This document shows, in pieces, positions 50,268 to 61,959 of a DNA stretch of 64,000 nt (its first letter is position 1; each line of letters starts with the position of its first letter). Origin of the DNA: Octopus sinensis. Lineage: Eukaryota. The notes under the pieces were generated by a model. That model ran no database searches. It worked only from the letters and a program-made list of their open reading frames with translations, and was not told the origin of the DNA. A program made the position numbers and the translations under genes. The stretch is taken from NCBI RefSeq assembly GCF_006345805.1, contig NC_042999.1, forward strand, positions 122,884,001 to 122,948,000. Reading direction: 5' to 3'.

Positions 50268-51053
50268 CTTTGACAATGATAAGAAAATGTTAAGTTTACA
50301 TGAAAGTGTTCAAAATAGGTAGTAAAATAAATTTATAATTATTTTAAGTTCATCAAAAATCATGGTTGTATAGAAGCATGTATAAAGAAGGAATCTTATT
50401 TAAGTATTTATACAGAAGTTTAGGGGAATGACCAACCCTTCCATCTTCATCTCCTGTCTTCTAGTGTATGTATAAGAAATGTTTGCTATTTTTAGAAATA
50501 GTGTGGGAGGTTGGTTGGTGGGGGAGAGTGTTGTGGAAACAAAAGGATGTTTTTGGTTTCTGGGCAAGTTTGTCATTGTTCAATGGTTTTGGGGACTGGT
50601 TTTAAAGTTCAAAATGGTGTGTGTGTGCATGTGTCTCTGTTCACGTTTCTATGTGTGTATATATATGTGTGTGTGGGGGGGGGGGCTTTTTTGATTGGTC
50701 TTAGAGTTCAGTGTTGTGGGTGTATGGGTCTGTGTATGTGTGTCTTTTATATTTAGCAGGGTGGTGCATGTATATGTGTGCACATTTGTGTGTGTATGTG
50801 AGTGTGATTTGTATTTGTCAGGGTGCTGTGTGCGCGCATTTGTATGTATCTATTTGCGTGTATGTGTTTGTTTGTGTGTGTTGTGTTGGTGGGGATTTCT
50901 GTATAAATACTAAAATATGATTCCTTCTGTATAACCATTATTTTTGATGAACTTAAAATAATTATAAATTTATTTTACTACCTATTTTGAACACTTTCAT
51001 GTAAACTGTTTAAACAAAATGCCCCTCTTAACATTTTCTTGTCATAGTCAAAG
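50268..51053. repeat. ~110-130-bp inverted repeats flanking a GT-rich spacer (MITE or fold-back-like)
   Basis: 50268-50376 versus 50924-51053; the right arm has a ~20-nt insertion. No clear target-site duplication. Confidence 0.85.
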
Positions 51054-51489
51054 CCTGTGGGAAGATGAATGGAAGCATAATATCACCCTCTCAGAACGTC
51101 CATATATATGATAATATTGAGTGCAGGGCTAGTAGGTTCACTGGTGCTGCTGGTGTCAGTGTGGTTGTCATCTCCAGCGATAGAGCTTGTGCTGGGATCA
51201 TTGGTGTCAGTGTTGGTATTTCCGCCACTATTGCTGCTGCTGTTACTGTCAATGTTGTTGGATGATCCATTGCTGCTATGGTCGCTATATCTGGGCATCA
51301 CCACAGCCTCATAGATGACTTCCTCAACCTTGCACTGGCTCTCCCCTGCCTCTGGACAGTCATTGTACACTCTACAAGAACTCGACTTCCTCTTTTTATG
51401 GGTGTTAGCTAATATACTTTATATGTTGAGTGTGCAACTAAAGGAGATCCTTAAGTTGTGCCTATTGAACAAAAGTCAATACCTATGTT

Positions 51490-51703
51490 ATTTCTTTATT
51501 GCCCACAAGGGGCTAAACATAGAGGGGACAAACAAGGACAGACAAAGGGATTGAGTCAATTACATCGACCCCAGTGCGTAACTGGTACTTAATTTATCGA
51601 CCCCAATAAATTCGGCGGAATTTGAACTCAGAACGTAATGGCAGACAAAATACCACTAAGCATTTCACCCGGTGTGCTAAAGTTTCTGCCAGCTCGCCGC
51701 CTT
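51490..51703 (-). mobile_element. Family B SINE
   Basis: Reverse complement of the family B head and tail with an internal deletion. Confidence 0.8.
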
Positions 51704-51979
51704 CAAGTCAATACTTATGTGTCTGCATGAAGTGTTTGTCTACTAACCTGAAGAATATTCTTCCCACACAAGTCTTGACATTGAGTGAGAAGGTTGGGGC
51801 AAACCAGATGATGTTCTGGCAGTGCTTCCTTTTGTGGATGCTAGGGCCCAGCGTGTAGGACATGCTGTCCTTCAACCCCACTGAACACCAGTGCTTCATT
51901 GTAGCAGTGGGGCTATGAAAATTTCTTGACTTGAGGATAGATTTGAGATTCTCTTGCTGACACCCTTCACTAGGTTCTT

Positions 51980-52390
51980 GAACATAATATAAAACCAAAA
52001 AGGTAAAATTCAATTGTCACTAATTGTGACTGATAGTGCAGAGTAGCATCTACATCATTAGAAATAAGAGCTGAAAGCCCTTATAGTTGCAGGAAACATA
52101 TATCTATGCCCTGACAGGGGAGATAACCACCCCACAGTGAGCAAGATCACCATACTTGTCTAGTTTCATTTAGAATTAAAGTGCATCAATGGTAACCACT
52201 CAATTACTGGATGGTTTGGCTAAATCTCCACTGCCAGTATATAGCATTTATCATATGAATCAATGACTGATTCATCAAAATGCTAGTGTGAAAATTATAA
52301 AATAGTGAAGACAGTTATATGCAATATAAAACCAAAAAGGAAAATTTAAATTGTCACTAACTGTGACTAATGGTGCTGTCACAAACAATG
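51980..52390 (-). repeat. Family E repeat (about 1.2 units) with a hammerhead relic
   Basis: Direct repeat ATATAAAACCAAAAAGG..ATTGTCACTAA at ~51988 and ~52324; GAAA-CTAG relic at 52167-52160. Confidence 0.6.
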
Positions 52391-53387
52391 CCAGATATTT
52401 CAACAATGCAATCAGCCTTGTGCCTGTTTGATCAGCTGTTAGAAGACATAGAAACCATCTAGTAAAAATGCACTATACCAACTTGCTGAGGCAGTTATGA
52501 AATGCCATCAGAACCAAATGCCTACCAAGAGTAACAAAATGGACCTTGTTCCATCAGGACAAAACTTCAGCAAACAAGCTTTTGCTTTCAAGAGATGCTC
52601 TCTATTCTCATAATCAGCTTGTGAACTTTGGAGCCCACCCTTGTACATATGTGTGCATGCATGCCTCTGTGTGTGTGTGTGTGTGTGCATATATACATTT
52701 TTATATGTATTTGTAGGTATATATATATGCATGTACATATATATTTATACATATATTTAGATATGTATATAGTTGAAATTTACAGAAAAACAAAAGACGA
52801 AGACAGGTGTATAAACAACAAGCAGATGTATTAGTTTGACACTCTTGAGCCTATGCTCTTCAACAAAAAGGAACATGAGAATATAAACAGAGAGAGAATA
52901 AAAAAAACTTGTGGATTTAGCGGTCAATCAAGGCGAATGGTTGGACAAAGGTAGTTAGACGGGAGAGCTAGGAAGAAGGGGAGATAATAAAGTACTGGTG
53001 ATCCCAAAATGAAGGTGCTACAGGTGTACACACTCAATATGTGTGTGTGTAAATATGCACACACAAACACACACATATACATACATATATACATATGTAT
53101 GACCGTTGGTTATTTCAAATTACATTTGTTTACTTTCGTACATCCACCCTATATTGTCTTGTTTGTTTGAGCCCTAATTCTATGCAAACTGATATATGAA
53201 GTTCTCAGTCTTATCACTAAAGGCATGAAACTGAGTATTAGTATTTTTGGTTTATAACTGATGAAGAATTAAGGTCTTTTTGTGTCTGTCCTACATGTAT
53301 GTTTTGTGGTCTGTAATACATTTTTCATTTACTGAGTAACTGGACATCATGCTTCACAACTTTTGTGAATAGTAAGTTTATATATAT

Positions 53388-53600
53388 ATCATCATCATCA
53401 TCATCATCATTTAGCGTCCGCTTTCCATGCTAGCATGGGTTGGACGGTTCAACTGGGGTCTGTGAAGCTGGAAGGCTTTGTCAGGCCCAGTCAAATCTGG
53501 CAGTATTTCTACGGCTGGATGCCCTTCCTAACGCCAACCACTCCGTGAGTGTAGTGGGTGCTTTTTACGTGCCACCCGCACAGGTGCCAGACAGAGCTGG
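53388..53600 (-). mobile_element. RTE 3' UTR copy, young
   Basis: Close match to the 1088-1462 tail. Confidence 0.85.
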
Positions 53601-53634
53601 CATATATATGGCATATATATTTGTATAAATATAT

Positions 53635-53665
<31 letters not shown>

Positions 53666-53723
53666 CAAAATGGGACAAGAACGCAAAAAATCCAGACAGC
53701 TAGGTGATACAAAAATAGGACAA

Positions 53724-53754
<31 letters not shown>

Positions 53755-54335
53755 TTATATATAATATATATTATATATGCATGTAAATATGTAAAATATG
53801 TAGGCGCGGGCATGGCTGTGTGGTTAGGGAGCTTGCTTTGTAACTACCTGGTTTCGGGTTCAGTCCCACTGCGTGGCACTTTGGGTAGGTGTCTTCTGCT
53901 ATAGCCCCAAGCTGACCGAAGCTTTGTGATTGAATTAGGTAGGCGGAAGTTACTGCCGTGTGTGTATATGTACATGTAGGTGCTCAGTGCCTCTCCGAAA
54001 GAGAGAGAGGAAAATACATATATGCAAATATGTACATATATGTGTGTGTGTGTATACATATGTATATATATATATAAATATGCATATATACATGTATATA
54101 TATATATATGTAAATATTTATATATATATATGTATGTAAATATGTACATATATATATATGTATGTAAATATGTATATATATATATATATATATACCTATA
54201 TGTAAATATGTACATATATATACACACCTATATGTAAATATGTACATATATATATATATATAAATATATATATATCCACCTATATGTGAATATGTATATA
54301 TGTATTATATATATATATTATATATATATATATAT

Positions 54336-54642
54336 ATGGCAAATGAAAGACGGTAGATGGAAAATATGAGAATTTATTATTAATCATGACAATTGTTTTG
54401 ACACTTCTAGTATCGATTCCTCATGGGTGGGACACTCAACAACTGCAATGCAATTGCGGAACAGTTATTTTAACGAGTTGTATTTATTTATCACCCAACG
54501 AGATACATTTGCATGGCCGGATACTCCTGAACCAGTTTTTGAGTGTCCCACCCATGAGGAATCGATGCAAGATGTGTCAAAACAATTGTCGTGATTAATA
54601 ATAAATTCTTGAATATTCCATCTCTGTCTTTCGTTTGGCATA
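54336..54642. repeat. ~105-bp inverted repeats inserted in (TA)n; each arm has a partial hammerhead-like relic
   Basis: 54336-54439 versus 54539-54642; each arm contains AAAA-CAATTG-TC followed by GTG or ATG. Confidence 0.8.
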
Positions 54643-54713
54643 TACATAATGATCACTACGAAAGTGACCATGCTTTACCAGTAAGCTACCAGGTGTAAAC
54701 CATTTTTTATTAT

Positions 54714-54759
<46 letters not shown>

Positions 54760-54769
54760 TACATGGAAC

Positions 54770-55527
54770 TTTGTGGAAGCTTAAGAACCCTTCACATGGT
54801 CAGAGATTTAGGGATATCGTTACCGAGAAATTTGATGATAGGGAGAAGAATCTACAGTCCTGTAACATAGAAGGCAGCTGGAAATTTCTGTGAGATAACT
54901 TGCTGTGTGCCACAGACCAAATCTGTGGCTGGTGCAAAGTCCCTTCCAGACCTAGGGTAACATGGTAGTGGAACAATACTGTAGATAAGGCCATTAGAGC
55001 AAAGAAACAGGCTTGGAAGGCCTGGAAGAGTGGGAGTAGCAGGAGAATGTATCAGATAACCAAAAGGGAAGCTAGGAGACAGGTATATATAGCTAAGGGA
55101 GTAGCAGAAAAGAAGTTTGCCAATGTTGAGCAACATGAAGACTAAAGAACTGAAGTATTTTGGATTGTAAGTTAGTGTGTGTGAGAAAACCGTGATGCCA
55201 TAGGAGAGAAGTGTGTTTGCATGGATGATGGTGCCCTTGCGCTTAATGATTCTGCAAAAAAAGAGGCTTGGAGGTGCCATTATGAAAGACTGCTGAATGT
55301 GGAGAATGAATGGGAGGAGGAAAGTCTGCCAAAGGTTGACCCAATTGAGTGATATGTAAAAACCACTCACTACACTCTAGGAGTGGTTGGCGTTAGGAAG
55401 GACATCCAACTGTAAAAACATTTCCAGATCAGATTGGAGCCTGGTGCAGCTGCTGGCTCTTCCAGACCTCAGTCAAACTGTCGAATCCATGCCAGCATGG
55501 AAAACAAACATTAAATGATGATGATGA
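54770..55527 (+). mobile_element. Internally deleted RTE: linker-region coding remnant joined to the (GAT)n tail
   Basis: PRVTW*WNNTVDKAIRAKKQAWKAWKSG..KEAWRCHYERLLNVENEW, followed by the tail. Confidence 0.8.
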
Positions 55528-56962
55528 TACATATATATTTTCAATGGAACATATACTGTAAAAGAAGCTCACTCTAAAAGTTGGAACAGTAATGTATTTA
55601 CATGCAGTTTACATATATGTCTGGTCATAGAGTGAACAATGGTTTCACCTCCATTAAGTGCTTATCAATATAGACGATTCATCAGACTCTAATAGCTGAG
55701 GGTATATAACCCTTCTTAAAACTGGAGGTAGAAAATTGTTACAGTCAGTTAATTTGTAAACAAAGAATAATATACGCTGTTTGAGCTTTAAGCAGAGCAA
55801 CCTGACCAGTCTGGTTGGCAAATCTTATGGACCTAAAGGGTGAACAGGGAATTTCTGCACTTAGGCTGTTTTTCGGTCTGCAAGAACTTTTCCCAGCTCT
55901 AATCAACAAACAGGGAATACCATGTCTGCAGCAGATAGTGCTTGAATTGGTGGCAGGAGCTACAGACTTCATGTCTTGAGTTTAAGAGAGGATTCGGAAC
56001 CAGTGAGTTTTGAGGAATCCTTGCCCATTCTGCTATGCAAAGCTACCATCATCCACTTCCATTTGCGTAGGGTCCCAGCTGTACTATCATCCCCCATTTA
56101 ATTTCGTATGGGGTTCTTAGCGGGTGGTGTGGCCTATGCTGGTGGTGTAGCCTATGCTGGCATGGTTGTCATCTCTGGCTGATGCGCTGGTGTTGGTGTT
56201 GTGGTTGTTGCTGGTGTTTCTGCCACTTGATGCATTGCCACCACTGCCACCTCCTCTGTTGCCATTGATGTTGTTGGATGAGCTGCGGCTGCAATTACTT
56301 TGTTTGCTAGGGCTGGATACCTCCACCATTAGAGTCTAATGAGTCGTCTATAAGGCTATGCTCTTTATTGATGCAAGACCATTGGTCACTCTATGACTGG
56401 ACATAATATTTAACTGCATGTATATATATATATATGTATGTATATATACATATATATGTGTGTGTGTATAATGTATACACACATACATATAAGCATGTAA
56501 ATACATATATATTTTCTACTCTTTTACTTGTTTCAGTTGTTTGACTGTGGCCATGCTGGAACACCGCTTTTAGTCAAACAAATCGACCCCAAGACTTATT
56601 CTTTGTAAGCCTGGTACTTATTCTATCAGCCTCTTTTACCAAACCACTAAGTTATGGGGATGTAAACATACCAACATTAGTTGTGAAGTGATAGGGGGGG
56701 GGCAAACACAGATGCACAAGTACATACATATATGTATATATATATGTTTGTATATACATTTATATATATATATGTAAGTATATAAGTATATACATGTATA
56801 CGTTTATATTATAGAAAAGCTTTGTAAGTGGATTTTGGTAGACAGAAACTGAAAGAAGCCCATCACATGTGTGTGTGTGAATGTGTGTGTATGTGTGTGT
56901 GCATGGCATGCATGTATATACACACACACACACATACATATATGTGTGTATATATACATATG

Positions 56963-57295
56963 GTGGTGAAGGTGCATGGCTTAGTGGTTAGGGCATTCAG
57001 CTCATGATCATAAGGTCTTGAGTTGAAATCCTGGTGATGCATTGTGTCCTTGAGCAAGACACTTTATTTCACATTGCTCTAGTCCACTCAGCTCGCAAAA
57101 ATGAGTTGTACCTGTATATCAAAGGGCCAGCCTTGTCACACTCTGTGTCACACTGAATATCGCTGAGAACTACATTAAGGGTACATGTGTCTGTGGAGTG
57201 CTCTGCCACTTGCACATCAATTTCACCAGCAAGCTAGTCCGTTGATCGTATCAGCTGGGACCCTCATTGCCATAACCGACTGAGTGCTCCCCACA

Positions 57296-57297
<2 letters not shown>
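56963..57297 (+). mobile_element. Third tRNA-derived SINE family
   Basis: GGCTTAGTGGTTAG..GAGTTGAAATCC head followed by GTGTCCTTGAGCAAGACACTTTA. Confidence 0.65.
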
Positions 57298-57333
<36 letters not shown>

Positions 57334-58199
57334 ATACATGTATATATATATATGCATGTGTGTGTGTGTGTGCATTTATGTGTGTATGTGTGTGTGTATG
57401 TATAGATATGAGTATGTGTTTGGAACTCTTTTTCATGATATCAAGTGACACTTATAAGCAAATGTTTTCATCATCTAATCTTCCATGAAAACACATTCAG
57501 TCATGGGGAAATATTACGTTGCCGGGAAACAAGTAAGGGTTAATGACAGTTAGGGCAGCAAGCCATAAACAGTCTACCTCAATGAAGAATACTGCATGAC
57601 CCATAACAGAATAGAATAGTAGAAACAAAGATGATGTTGGTGATGAGGATGATAGTGATGATGATAATGATGATGATGATGATGATAATGATGATATTGC
57701 TGATAATGAAGAATAATGACTAGATGTACTTGGTTTGCAGCATCAGCACAAAACACAATTTTGTGCCAATAGATAAAAATATTTCGTTTTAATTAAGCAT
57801 AAACTCATCATCATTGTCGTCATCATCATCATCGTCATCAACATCATCGTCGTCGTTGTCACCATCATCATCATCTTCGTCATCATTATGATCATCTTAT
57901 CATCATCGTCATTGTCATTTAACAGTCAAATTTCCATGCTTGCATGTGTTTGAACACAGTGTGTTGAGGCGATTTTTTTTTATTGCTGGATGCCTTTCCT
58001 GTCACCAACCATCACCTGCTTCCAAGTATGGTAATATTACCTGTGACCAGACATGTTTACACAAAAGACTGGAAACAAACGACACTGCTTGCATGACAGT
58101 GACATTCATTTACAACTAGCATATGACATCAAAGTAAAGACAGTAGCACACACATGCATGCATACATGCTTGCATGCACACACATGCAAATATATATAC

Positions 58200-58820
58200 A
58201 CTGTGTGGCACCTTGGGCAAGAGTCTTCCACTATAGCCTTGGGGCCCACCAAAGCCTGGTGAATAGATTTTGTAGCTGGAAGCTGAAAGAAACTTGTCAT
58301 ATAAAGAAGCTTGTTGTATATTAAAGGCGGCAAGCTGGCAGAAACGTTAGCACGCCGGGTGAAATGCTTAGCGGTATTTCATCTGCCGTTACATTCTGAG
58401 TTCAAACTCCGCTGAGGTCGACTTTGCCTGTCATCCTTTTGGGGGTCAATAAATTAAGTACCAGTTACGCACTGGGGATCGATGTAATCGACTTAATCCC
58501 TTTGTCTGTCCTTGTTGTCACCTTTATGTTTAGCCCCTTGTGGGCAATAAAGAAATAAGAAGCTGTTCGTATATATGTGTATGTGTGTGTGTGTGTGTGT
58601 GTGTGCATGTGTGTGTGTGTCTTTGTGTCTGCTTTTATCCCCCACTACCATTTGACAACTGGTGTTGGCATGTTTACGTCCCCATAAGACAGAAAGACTA
58701 AGTACCAGGTTTTAAAAAAATAAATAAATGACTACTGGGATCAATTCATTCGACTAAAAATTCAAGGTGGTGCCCTTTACATGGCAGCAGTCTAGTCACT
58801 GAAACATGTAAAAGAGATAA
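58200..58820 (+). mobile_element. Family A SINE with a nested family B SINE (58323-58559)
   Basis: Family A resumes after family B; an AAGAAGC(T)TGTT.GTATAT-like duplication flanks the insert. Confidence 0.75.
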
Positions 58821-58825
58821 GCGAG

Positions 58826-59010
58826 ATATAAAAAGAAACAGGAATCTGTATTCACCATTACACATGTTTCATTTGCTAATAGGAATCACAGAATTGTACT
58901 TGTTGGGTAAATATCCAACATGTGCAATTCTATTATTCCTATTAGCAAATGGAACATGTGTAATGGTGAATACCAGAAAAATTTCCAGATTCCTGTTTCT
59001 TTTTTTATAT
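58826..59010. repeat. Long imperfect hairpin with ~80-bp arms and a 6-nt loop
   Basis: GAAACAGGAATCTG-TATTCACCATTACACATGTT..TGTTGG / CCAACA..AACATGTGTAATGGTGAATA..CAGATTCCTGTTTC. Confidence 0.9.
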
Positions 59011-59364
59011 AATAACTCTAAAAACAATAATTCCAGAATCTTCAGCTCTAATCTGTGCCTCACATTAATACAATAACAATAACTACAGGCTGGATTGTAA
59101 TACTGGAAGAAGCAGATGTGCTTCAAGAGGACACACTTTGGATTTTAACCCTACATATATAATATACAGGGCTGGCCCTAGAGTTGCTGGTGTCCTGAAC
59201 TTTGTCCTGGCAAGCTGAACTTCATTGTGTACAAGCTGACAATCATGGAAATTTCCTTGCGCACCCGTCCCGCCCTCCAGCACATGGTGCCCTGGGCGAC
59301 TGCCTGAGCTGCCGGTACCTTGAGGCGGCCCTGATAATATATATGTGTGTGTGTGTGTATATAT

Positions 59365-59732
59365 ATGGCTGAGTTCCTTTCGAGTGCTGGGCCTCATGGA
59401 AGCAAGTGGCCAAGTTCCTTTCAAGTGTTGGGCCTCACAGAGGCAATGACCAAAACCTTTGACCTTATGTAGTGATTGAGAAGAAAACCCGTTAAGCTGA
59501 ACAAAATTGCAGTCATGGCAGATACCAGTGTCATGCAAATGGCACCTGTACTGGTTGCATGTAAAAGCACCCATTACACTCTCAAAGTGGTTGGCATTAG
59601 GAAGAGTATCCAACCATAGGAGACCATGCCAAATCAGACTGGAGCCTAGCACAGCCTTTCAGCATGCCAGCCCATTAAAACTGTCCAACCCATGCCAGTA
59701 TGGACAACAGACGTTAAATGATGATGATGATG
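59365..59732 (+). mobile_element. Decayed RTE C-terminus plus 3' UTR with (GAT)n tail
   Basis: Decayed match to the EMT.DR..W..AV.EKTR C-terminus, preceding the shared tail. Confidence 0.65.
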
Positions 59733-59742
59733 ATACATACTT

Positions 59743-60113
59743 GGCACAGGTGTGATGTGTGATAAGAAGCTTGCTTCCCTACAACATGGCTCAGGGTCAG
59801 TCCCACTGCATGGCACCTTGGGCTCGTGTCTTCTATTAGAGTATCAGGCTGGCCAAACCTTTGTGAGTGGATTAGATAGACACAAACTGAAGCAAGTCCA
59901 TCATATAGATATGTGTGTGTGTGTGTTTGGCCCCTACCACTGCTTGACAACCAGTGCTGGTGTGTTCACATCCCCATGACTTAGTGGTTTGGCAAAGGGA
60001 CCAATAATATAAGTACCAGGCTTAAAAACAAAAAGTACTTGGGTTATTTGATAAAAAATTCTTAAAGGCAATGCTCCAGCATAGCTACAGTCATTAGACT
60101 GAAACAAGTAAAA
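59743..60113 (+). mobile_element. Family A SINE followed by an inverted family A head (60127-60280)
   Basis: Shared motifs in both orientations. Confidence 0.8.
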
Positions 60114-60459
60114 ACACACACAAACACAATGGGCTTCTTTCATTTTCCATCTATGAAATCCAGTCATAAAACTTTGGTTGGTTTGGGGCTGTTGTAGAAG
60201 ATACTTGCCCAAGATGCCATGCAGTGGGCTGAACTCAAAACCATGTGGTTGAGATGCACACTTCTTAGTACACAGCCATATTAAATAAATTGCAGAGGAG
60301 AAATGAGAGATTTTTGTGTTTATGCTTGTTTAAAGGAAGGCAGAAATGAAACCATTTCATTCAAGACTCAAAACTAGGCTGCAGATTATACTATCATGTC
60401 TACCAATGATTATTTGAAATAAAGCCATACATTTTTGGTTGAGATGTCAATTAAATCAA

Positions 60460-61330
60460 AACTCTGTATATTACTGGTACATGCTTTACTGACCCCAACC
60501 TCCCACCAAAAAAAAAAAAAGAAGAATTAATGACAAAGTTGTGACTTCAGCAGTATTTGAACTCAAATTTTATCACTGACCTAAAAATAATGATTTCTAA
60601 TTTAGTCACAATTTTGAGCGAGGAGTAAGCCAGTGACATTGACCCTATTACTTGACTTGTACTTTATTTTATCAACCCTGAAAGGATGAAAAACAAACCC
60701 TGACCTTGGTAAGATTTGAACTTGTAATATGAAAAGCCGGAAGAAATATGACCAAGTCTCCTTTGTCTGACACTCTAATGATTCAGCTAGCTTTTTCTAG
60801 TTTAGGCATAAGGGGAGGGTTTAGTTAATAGCATAGACACTAGTATTTGACTGATAAATATATTTAATCAACCCAAGAGAAAAGATGGTTTTGGCAGTCT
60901 TTGAACTCATAATCTAAAGATTTGAAACCAGTCCTGCAAAACAATTTTCCAGGCACTCTAGCAATTTTCTGCCAGCTCACAACCTTTATAAAATAAGCCT
61001 TATAAAGCCAGCAAATTTGAGGGAAGGGGTTAGTCAATTATGCTGACCTAAGTACTTGACTGGTACCTTATTTTGTCAACTTTGAATGGATGAAAAGCGA
61101 AGTTGACCTTGGAAGGACTGAACTCAGAATGCAAAGAGCTGGAACAAATATTACAAAGTGTTGAGCATTTTTCCAACTCTCTATCCATGTTGCCAACTTG
61201 CCACCCTTTATAAAAGTGATTTCTAATTTGGTACAGGGCCAGTTATTTTGAGGAAAAGGGTTAGTTGATTACATCAACCTGAGTACTTGACTAGTGCTTT
61301 ATTTAATTGACCCTGGAATGGTGAAATGCA
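60460..61330 (-). repeat. Head-to-tail cluster of 4-5 old family-B-like SINE units (~180-230 bp period)
   Basis: Recurrent TACTTGACT(G/A)GTAC-like motif at ~60470, 60649, 60843, 61054 and 61283, with an associated TGAACTC motif. Confidence 0.55.
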
Positions 61331-61959
61331 TTCCCAGCAAACCATTAAGATTTAAAATAGTAAAGAAGTTAGGAGGTAAGAGATAAATGGTGGGGAAAAA
61401 TATAGGAGATTCACTTCTTCACACATTTACTGACGCACCTCTTGACCATTTAAAGACCCAAATCAATCAGGATTGGTTTTATAAAGCTGAAGAATCGGAA
61501 TGTTCGATGTCGGTCAAGTGGAGTGTAATTAACAAGTGACCTGCTGTGCCAAAAGGAGACTTGAGAATTAAGTCATTCATAGCTTAGGTTAAAGGCTTTA
61601 AGTCTAATAAGCTTGTTAAATAGTTTTAATACTGAAAGTTCTTCACATGAGGAAAAATATTCTCTCATTCTTTATTTGATAAATGAAATATTTTTTTCCT
61701 TTCAAAAAACATTCCAAATAGAAGCATTTCGGAACAAATAAACAAGACAGATATTAGTTATTGAAACATATATTGAACTGTTTTTGTATTAGAAGTAAGG
61801 ACGACAGTGTTGGAGGAGAATCAATGGATATTGAAAGCTGAGACATGACAATAGAAAAGATTAATGTTAAACAAACACCGATAACTGTTGATATTTTTCA
61901 GAGAATATTTAACATTGCATGTTAAGTTATTTTTATTGTCAGGGTTTGATACGAGTGAA

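Noticed and set aside
54852-55370. 172-aa minus-strand ORF
   Set aside because: Antisense to a decayed RTE coding remnant.
59083-59652. Longest ORF in the window (189 aa, minus)
   Set aside because: It runs antisense through an RTE tail, a microsatellite and a GC-rich fragment; no recognisable domain or splice support.
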